Source: Hyphomicrobiales bacterium
Lineage (GTDB): Bacteria > Pseudomonadota > Alphaproteobacteria > Rhizobiales > TMED25
DNA length: 64,000 nt
Reading direction: 5' to 3'
Assembly: GCA_965204565.1 (NCBI GenBank)
Contig: CBDBEU010000005.1
Location: 516,366 to 580,365, forward strand
Part shown: positions 57,905 to 64,000 of the stretch, piece after piece
Position numbering within the stretch: position 1 is the first letter of the stretch
Layout of the letters: each line of letters starts with the position of its first letter
Program-made: the position numbers and the translations under genes
Notes under the pieces: generated by a model
Told to the model about the DNA's origin: nothing
Seen by the model: the letters and a program-made list of their open reading frames with translations, nothing else
Databases searched by the model: none

Positions 57905-58333
57905 CCGACATTCACCGGATGACGGCCATCGTCGAGCCGATATTGCCTCCACGGGCGGACATCTGCAACTCCGGACCATCGTCGCGGGGATCGAGAGACA
58001 GCGAGAACGGTGACACCGGCGTATATTGCGCCGGGATTGCCGATTTCGTCGTCATCGGGACACACCTCGCATGTGGTTCTTGCCGGACTGCACGACAACC
58101 GGACGCGTCACGCCGGCGCCGGCTGCGGCCGAAATTCGGCGTCGGTGGTGATTCCGCAACCGTGGAACCCGAGCTTCGGGCGGCGATCGAAATCGAGCCG
58201 AAGAAGCCCGTCAACCGGTTCACCCGCCGGGTTCGCCATATGCCGCGCCCCAAAATGCGCTCAAGACATTTCTTCTCATGACGAAACCGACGATCAATCA
58301 CATCAATCAATGGAGCCATATGGGAAATGCGGG
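57905..58333 (-). mobile_element. IS1380-family deletion derivative, inverted copy of 5169..5875 with a larger internal deletion
   Basis: Both ends match copy 1 (ccgacattcacc... at 57905; ...gggaaatgcggg at 58333). The ORF at 58010..58396 begins with the same MTPAYIAPGLPISSSSGHTS as 5089..5769. No matching 4-bp flank duplication seen. Confidence 0.7.
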
Positions 58334-58334
58334 T

Positions 58335-58892
58335 TTAATCTGCCCGCGCGAAGCGCACCAGCGTGTCGCCATAGCGGCGCTCATCGAGGGCACTGAAGCC
58401 GTCGGGCCAGTCAAACTGAGCGTTGTTGGCTTCCTCTGCAACCATAAGCGCGCCTTGATTGAGCCAGGCGCCCTGAATGACGGAGACGGCGGCCTTTTCG
58501 GCCAGGCCCCTGCCATAAGGAGGATCTGCAAACACCAGATCGAAAGGCTGGTATTTTCCTATGGGACCGAGATTGCATGCGTCACGGGGTGATATGCGGC
58601 ATTGGCCGGTCATATGAGCGCGCTCTACATTAGCCCTGACAAGGCCGCGGGCGGTGGCATCCATGTCGATGAACACGCAAAAGGCGGCGCCGCGCGACAA
58701 GGCTTCCAGCCCCAGTGCGCCGGTGCCTGAAAACAGATCGAGGACGCGCGTGCCCTTAAGTTGAACCCCCTCAATTCCGTGTTCAAGGATGTTGAAGACA
58801 GCCTGGCGCACCCGATCGGAGGTTGGCCGAATTTGCTGATTGACGGGTGTTTGGAGCCGCGTACCGCGGGCCTTACCGGCGACGATTCGCAT
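58335..58892 (-). CDS. rsmD: 16S rRNA (guanine966-N2)-methyltransferase
   Basis: MRIVAGKARGTRLQTP...RPTSDRVRQAVFNIL...LDLFSGTGALGLEALSRGA...VFADPPY. The stop TAA directly abuts the IS1380-derived element. Confidence 0.85.
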   Translation of the reverse strand: MRIVAGKARGTRLQTPVNQQIRPTSDRVRQAVFNILEHGIEGVQLKGTRVLDLFSGTGALGLEALSRGAAFCVFIDMDATARGLVRANVERAHMTGQCRISPRDACNLGPIGKYQPFDLVFADPPYGRGLAEKAAVSVIQGAWLNQGALMVAEEANNAQFDWPDGFSALDERRYGDTLVRFARAD

Positions 58893-59688
58893 GTTGCTGC
58901 CGTCGTGGTGATAGTGCGCTGCGGAAGGGATCGGGGAGTTGATCGCGCAGCACCCGGCGATGAATCTCCTCGACCGCGCCGCGCTCCAGATTTCCCGAAG
59001 TGAAGGGGCCGAAACTGACACGTATGAGGCGCGCGACCTTGAGGTCGAAGGCCGTGAGAATATTTTTCACTTCGCGGTTCTTGCCTTCACGCAAGGCGAT
59101 CGAAATCCAGGAATTGGCGCCCTGTGTCCGCTCGATCTGGGCGTCGATTTCGCGATAGCGGATGCCGTCAATGGTGATGCCGTGTTCCAGGTTTTTCAGC
59201 GCCGCTTCATCGACGCGGCCATGAACACGTGCCCGGTAGCGCCTCAGCCAGCCGGTTTTCGGCAATTCCAGCGCGCGGGCAAGTCCGCCATCATTGGTCA
59301 GCAGCAACAGCCCCTCGGTGGTGATATCAAGCCGGCCGATGCTGATGACGCGCGGCAGTTCAGCCGGCAATCGTTCGAAGATCGTTGGCCGGCCCTGTGG
59401 ATCACGGTTGGTTGTGACCAGGCCCGGGGGTTTGTGGTAGCGCCACAGGCGGGGCGGTTCGGGCTGGGCGATCGGCTTGCCGTCAACCTGAACCTTGTCG
59501 CCTGGCCCTACAGTTTCGGCCGGGCTTTCCAATTTGCAGCCATTGATGGCGACGCGCCCGGCAAGCACCAGTGCTTCGGCCTGGCGGCGCGAACACAGTC
59601 CCGAGCGCGCGATCACCTTGGCAATGCGTTCGCCTGTTCTGGCGGCGGGTGCCGCCGATGCTTGACCGTCTGTTTTCATAGGTCGCAT
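58873..59688 (-). CDS. Pseudouridine synthase (RluB/RsuA family) with S4 domain
   Basis: ERIAKVIARSGLCSRRQAEALV (S4), ISIGRLDITTEGLLLLTNDG (catalytic Asp motif). Start uncertain (59715, 59688 or 59679). Confidence 0.85.
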   Translation of the reverse strand: MRPMKTDGQASAAPAARTGERIAKVIARSGLCSRRQAEALVLAGRVAINGCKLESPAETVGPGDKVQVDGKPIAQPEPPRLWRYHKPPGLVTTNRDPQGRPTIFERLPAELPRVISIGRLDITTEGLLLLTNDGGLARALELPKTGWLRRYRARVHGRVDEAALKNLEHGITIDGIRYREIDAQIERTQGANSWISIALREGKNREVKNILTAFDLKVARLIRVSFGPFTSGNLERGAVEEIHRRVLRDQLPDPFRSALSPRRQQHANRRR

Positions 59689-59697
59689 GGTGGGGTC

Positions 59698-60171
59698 ATG
59701 AGCAGACACGATCAAGACGGAAGAAAACTTACGGCCATGGGCATCGCGCTTGACGAGGCGCGCGCGGCCTTTGAAGCTGGCGAGGTACCTGTCGGTGCGG
59801 TGATCAGCGCGAGCGATGGTACGATCATCGCGCGCGCGCGCAATGCCATGCGTTCATCGTCCGATCCGACCGCCCATGCGGAAATTCTGGTTATCCGCGA
59901 AGCAGCGCGCATACTGGCGAACGAACGGCTCACCGATTGCGATCTTCATGTCACGCTTGAGCCCTGTGCAATGTGCGCAGCGGCGATATCGTTTGCCCGC
60001 ATTCGCAGGCTTTATTACGGCACCGAGGATGAAAAACAGGGCGCGGTCGACAACGGGCCGCGCTTTTACAACTCCGACGCCTGCCATCATGTGCCGGAAG
60101 TCTATGGCGGTATTTGCGAGTGCGAAGCAGCCGATCTCATGCGCCGGTTTTTTTCTGAGCGTAGGACCTGA
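59698..60171 (+). CDS. tadA: tRNA adenosine(34) deaminase
   Basis: ...GEVPVGAVI...DPTAHAEILVIREA...LHVTLEPCAMCAAAI (HAE / PCxxC zinc motifs). Alternative start at 59737. Confidence 0.85.
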   Translation: MSRHDQDGRKLTAMGIALDEARAAFEAGEVPVGAVISASDGTIIARARNAMRSSSDPTAHAEILVIREAARILANERLTDCDLHVTLEPCAMCAAAISFARIRRLYYGTEDEKQGAVDNGPRFYNSDACHHVPEVYGGICECEAADLMRRFFSERRT

Positions 60172-61012
60172 ATGCGCGATCGATCTCGCGCTTGAGCGTT
60201 TCCTTCACGGGCTGCGAGGCTGCGAGGATCTCATCAAAACTGAACAGGTCCGATATCCGAAAGCTATCGACGGGCGGCTTGATCAGAATGTCCGGCGGCA
60301 GGGCGTCGACCCTGGCTGCCACCAGCGCTCCCAACATGATCTGCACCGATCCCATCAAGGCGTCCATCATTGAGGGGCGGTGGGTGGCATCACCGACTGG
60401 CCCGCCAGTAACGTCGATCGCAATGGTGATATCGCAGCGTTTGTGAACATGGTCATAGGGCAGTGGATTGGTAAGTCCGCCATCGACATGGAAGCGGCCA
60501 TCGATTTCGACCGGCGAAAACAGGCCGGGCAGGGCCATAGATGCGGCGAGAGCCGGCACTATTTCGTCACTGTCAAAGGCCATGGCGCTGCGGGCGTGGA
60601 AGTCGGTTGCGGTCACTGTCGAGGGGATGCCGAGCGTGTCGAAATTTCTGCCGGCAAGTTCCGGCAGTACCGTTTCCACAATTGGTTGGGCATTGAGGAT
60701 TGCACCTTTCGAGCCGGTGAGAGACAGGAGCCCGGAAAGGCTGGTTGGGCGGCTTGCGAAAAGATGGCGTATTGCCTGTCGCCGTCCGCCAATCAGACCT
60801 TGTGTCCGCTCGATTGCCTCGCACGCGCTGATGCCGGAAGCGTAGGCCACGCCGATCAGCGCGCCAATGCTGGTGCCGGCGATTACGCAAGGACGCAACC
60901 CCAAATCATCGAACGCCCCGATCACCTTGAGATGGGCAAATCCGCGTGCGCCGCCACCGCCAAGCGCAAGGCCTATCGATGGCTCAGTCTGCTGCGGGTT
61001 CTGGCCGGTCAA
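60137..61012 (-). CDS. Patatin-like phospholipase family protein
   Basis: GLALGGGGARGFAHLKV (oxyanion), GTSIGA (GxSxG), and DGG near the C-terminal half. 4-nt overlap with purD. Confidence 0.85.
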   Translation of the reverse strand: MTGQNPQQTEPSIGLALGGGGARGFAHLKVIGAFDDLGLRPCVIAGTSIGALIGVAYASGISACEAIERTQGLIGGRRQAIRHLFASRPTSLSGLLSLTGSKGAILNAQPIVETVLPELAGRNFDTLGIPSTVTATDFHARSAMAFDSDEIVPALAASMALPGLFSPVEIDGRFHVDGGLTNPLPYDHVHKRCDITIAIDVTGGPVGDATHRPSMMDALMGSVQIMLGALVAARVDALPPDILIKPPVDSFRISDLFSFDEILAASQPVKETLKREIDRAFRSYAQKKTGA

Positions 61013-62292
61013 TTGGCGCTCACCTGGTCACGCGCAATGGCGCGCCAGCCAATATCACGCCGGCAAAATCCACCCGGCCAGTCGATGAGAGCGACCGCCC
61101 GATAGGCGCGTGCCTGGGCCTCGGCGATGGTCGGGGCGCGGGTGGTGACATTCAGCACACGCCCGCCGGCAGACACGATCCTGCCGTCAGCCATTCGCGT
61201 GCCGGCGTGAAACACCTGAACGCCTTCCATGGCGCCGGCCAGATCGAGCCCGCCGATTTCCTCGCCCGTATTGTAACTGCCGGGGTAGCCGTTGGCCGCA
61301 ACCACGACCGTCAGGGCGGCGTCATCGCGCCAGCTCGGTTTCATGTTGCCAAGGTCGCCATTGGCGCTTGCCGCAAGTGCGGGGAGAATGTCGGACCCAA
61401 GCCGCATCATCAGCACCTGGGCTTCTGGGTCACCGAAGCGGACATTGTACTCGATCAGCTCCGGGCCGTTCTCGGTGATCATCAGGCCTGCATAGAGAAC
61501 TCCCCGATAGGGGGTGCCGGCACGCGCCATCGCCGCCGCCGTGGGCTCGACGATGCGGTCCATGACGCGCCCGACCATCTCATCGGTCATCGCCGGTGCT
61601 GGTGAATAAGCGCCCATGCCGCCGGTATTGGGGCCGAGATCTCCATCCAGCGCGCGTTTGTGGTCCTGGGCGCTGGCAAGCGGCAGGATATTTTCGCCAT
61701 CGAGAAGTGCGAAGAAACTCGCCTCCTCGCCCACCAGCATGTCCTCGATCACCAGTGAGGCACCGGGGCCGAAGGCACCGTCGAAGATCGCCTCTATCGC
61801 CTCGCGCGCCTCGCCACGTTGCTCGCACACGGTGACGCCTTTGCCGGCGGCAAGTCCGTCGGCTTTGACCACCAGCGGCGCGGCGCGTGCCTCAAGATGG
61901 GCAAGTGCCTGATCGCGATCGGTGAAATAGGCAAATGATGCGGTCGGGATATCGTTGTCGCGGGCGATTTGCTTGGTGAAACCCTTCGAGCCTTCGAGCC
62001 GGGCGGCGGCCCCGGAAGGGCCGAATGTGTGGATGCCGGCATGGGTGAGTACATCGGCAAGCCCGGCGCAGAGCGGGGCTTCGGGGCCGACCACCACAAG
62101 ATCGATCGCATTGTCGGTGGCGAATTGCACCACGGCGGGATGATCGTCGATTGCCAGATCGATGATTTCGGCGCTCTGTGCAACTCCCGGATTTCCAGGC
62201 GCGGCAAACAGTCTGCCGGTGAGCGGGCTTGCCGCAATCGCCCAGGCCAATGCATGTTCGCGGCCGCCGCCGCCGATCAGTAGAATGTTCAT
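61009..62292 (-). CDS. purD: Phosphoribosylamine--glycine ligase
   Basis: ATG at 62292. [19 protein letters not shown]..., ATP-grasp motifs. 427 aa. Confidence 0.95.
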   Translation of the reverse strand: MNILLIGGGGREHALAWAIAASPLTGRLFAAPGNPGVAQSAEIIDLAIDDHPAVVQFATDNAIDLVVVGPEAPLCAGLADVLTHAGIHTFGPSGAAARLEGSKGFTKQIARDNDIPTASFAYFTDRDQALAHLEARAAPLVVKADGLAAGKGVTVCEQRGEAREAIEAIFDGAFGPGASLVIEDMLVGEEASFFALLDGENILPLASAQDHKRALDGDLGPNTGGMGAYSPAPAMTDEMVGRVMDRIVEPTAAAMARAGTPYRGVLYAGLMITENGPELIEYNVRFGDPEAQVLMMRLGSDILPALAASANGDLGNMKPSWRDDAALTVVVAANGYPGSYNTGEEIGGLDLAGAMEGVQVFHAGTRMADGRIVSAGGRVLNVTTRAPTIAEAQARAYRAVALIDWPGGFCRRDIGWRAIARDQVSAN

Positions 62293-62405
62293 GTGGCTCA
62301 GCTGGCAACTTGCCGGTTCTTGTGGTTTCAAGGCCGGGCTGCGGTCGGGCTCGGCAAACTCTTATCATCTAGCATCGGCCGTAATGGCGGGAGAAGGCTC
62401 GAACA

Positions 62406-63911
62406 ATGTCTGTGGATGAAATTGACGGACTCGACAATCTGCCGGAGCTGACGGTCTCGGAGCTGTCGGGCGCGATCAGGCGCACTATGGAGGATGCGTT
62501 TGGGCAGGTGCGGCTGCGCGGCGAGATTTCGGGATTTCGGGGACCTCATTCCTCCGGGCATTGCTATTTCGCGCTTAAGGACGAGAACGCGCGGATTGAT
62601 GCGGTGGTCTGGCGCGGCGTCTATCAGCGACTCAAGGTGAAGCCGGAAGAAGGCCTTGAAGTGATCGCAACCGGCCGGGTAACGACCTATCCGGGCCGCT
62701 CGGTCTATCAGATCGTGATTGAACGCATCGAACCTGCCGGCGTCGGTGCGCTGATGGCGCTGCTCGAGGAACGGCGGCGCAAGCTTGCTGCCGAAGGATT
62801 GTTCGACGAGGCGGCGAAAATGCCGCTGCCCTATTTGCCGAAGGTAATTGGCGTCATCACGTCACCGACCGGGGCGGTGATTCGCGATATTCTGCACCGT
62901 TTGGCCGACCGTTTTCCGACCCATGTGCTGGTGTGGTCGGTCAGGGTGCAGGGCGAAACAAGTGCTGGCGAAGTCTCAGCGGCGATCAGGGGCTTTAATG
63001 CATTTGCGACGGAGGGGCCGTTGCCGCGCCCCGATCTTTTGATTGTCGCGCGCGGCGGCGGAAGTCTTGAGGATTTATGGAGCTTCAATGAAGAGGAAGT
63101 GGTGCGTGCGGCGGCTGAGAGCACCATTCCTCTAATCTCTGCGGTCGGGCATGAAACCGACTGGACGCTGATCGACCATGCCGCCGACAGACGGGCACCG
63201 ACGCCGACGGCAGCGGCTGAATTCGCGGTCCCGGTGCGGGGCGATCTTGTTGTGATCCTGTCGGATACCGGATCGCGCATGGCAAGGGCGCTGCGGCGCA
63301 TGGTGGTGGAGCGGCGCACCAGCCTCACCGCGCTGGCGCGCGCGATGCCGCGCCGCGACGCACTGCTTGCAACACAGCGCCAGAGTGTCGACCGGCTGGG
63401 CGATGGCTTGCGGCGTTGGCGTGAGGTTTCGCTGGTCCGCCACCGTGAGCGGATCAGTGCTCTGTCGCCCCGGCTTTCGCTGCGGCCGCTGCAGCGCCGG
63501 CTGGTGCAGGATAAGGCACGGCTTGGCCAGCTCGATCAGCGCGGCATCCAGGCCGTGCGGCGAAGTGCTGGTGACCGGCGTCGGCGCCTGGAGCAGGTGT
63601 CGCCGAGACTGGCGAGATCGCAAGCCCGTGTACTCATGCAGGCGCGAGCGCGCCTGGAAACACTGGCCAAACTGGCCGGCAGCCTCGGCCACAAAAGCGT
63701 GCTTGCACGCGGCTATGCGCTGGTGCGGGACATCGATGAGCGCCTGGTGCGCGATGTCAAGGGCGCGCTGCAGGCCAAGGCGGTCGGGATTGTGTTTCTC
63801 GATGGTAGTGTCAATGCTCAGGTGGTCGGCAAAGGCGGGCAGGACCCCGGCAGAAAAGCGCCAAAACCGGCCGGCAAGGCACGGCGCGGCGGGCAGGGAT
63901 CGCTATTTTGA
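62406..63911 (+). CDS. xseA: Exodeoxyribonuclease VII large subunit
   Basis: 501 aa: LTVSELSGAIRRTMEDAFGQVRLRGEISGFRGPHSSGHCYFALKDE... (OB fold), ...ARGGGSLEDLW.FNEE..., with a coiled-coil C-terminus. Divergent from purD. Confidence 0.9.
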   Translation: MSVDEIDGLDNLPELTVSELSGAIRRTMEDAFGQVRLRGEISGFRGPHSSGHCYFALKDENARIDAVVWRGVYQRLKVKPEEGLEVIATGRVTTYPGRSVYQIVIERIEPAGVGALMALLEERRRKLAAEGLFDEAAKMPLPYLPKVIGVITSPTGAVIRDILHRLADRFPTHVLVWSVRVQGETSAGEVSAAIRGFNAFATEGPLPRPDLLIVARGGGSLEDLWSFNEEEVVRAAAESTIPLISAVGHETDWTLIDHAADRRAPTPTAAAEFAVPVRGDLVVILSDTGSRMARALRRMVVERRTSLTALARAMPRRDALLATQRQSVDRLGDGLRRWREVSLVRHRERISALSPRLSLRPLQRRLVQDKARLGQLDQRGIQAVRRSAGDRRRRLEQVSPRLARSQARVLMQARARLETLAKLAGSLGHKSVLARGYALVRDIDERLVRDVKGALQAKAVGIVFLDGSVNAQVVGKGGQDPGRKAPKPAGKARRGGQGSLF

Positions 63912-64000
63912 TCGCCGCCGGGCAATTGATGAGGTAAATGTTGCGGGCAGATGCATGACCGCACGTTCAACATGCGCGAGGGATCGTCCATGAACCGCCT

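Noticed and set aside
58939-59697. Long N-terminal extension of the tadA ORF (410-aa ORF 58939..60171)
   Set aside because: The upstream 250 codons are antisense to the pseudouridine synthase gene and show no deaminase similarity. TadA homology begins near 59737.

Overview
High-GC (about 60% by eye) alphaproteobacterial chromosome segment, Hyphomicrobiales/Rhizobiales-like, judged from gene content: gltBD, ileS-lspA, an M16 peptidase pair, mutL, purD/xseA, queG, infC, a Cys-less L36, a ROSE-like hsp20 leader and a tRNA-His with no encoded G-1. Intact housekeeping blocks alternate with heavily decayed accessory DNA. I count 14 IS-derived segments from about 7 families (IS3, IS5/IS427-type, IS1380, IS630, IS30, ISAzo13, ISKra4-like), none with an intact transposase, and at least 8 disrupted chromosomal genes. 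The disrupted genes are korA, korB, a lytic transglycosylase, an exosortase, a DUF1036-like gene, a methyltransferase, an AbiEi-like gene and the 3' end of a nitroreductase. Four things stand out. (1) An orphan but fully intact P2-type contractile tail core module (sheath, tube, chaperone, tape measure, gpU, gpX, gpD) has no baseplate, head, lysis or integrase genes in the window. Its tape measure carries a 114-bp tandem duplication and its chaperone/tape-measure frame arrangement is unusual. (2) A module of a secreted 13-repeat Sel1 protein plus a truncated IS3 remnant is duplicated and splits a dead korAB locus next to tRNA-His. (3) A translationally coupled operon encodes SCO1/SenC plus two paralogous, uncharacterised Cys-motif periplasmic proteins. 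(4) Inverted IS1380-derived elements bracket about 52 kb. All calls come from reading the sequence and ORF translations by eye. No database searches were run.
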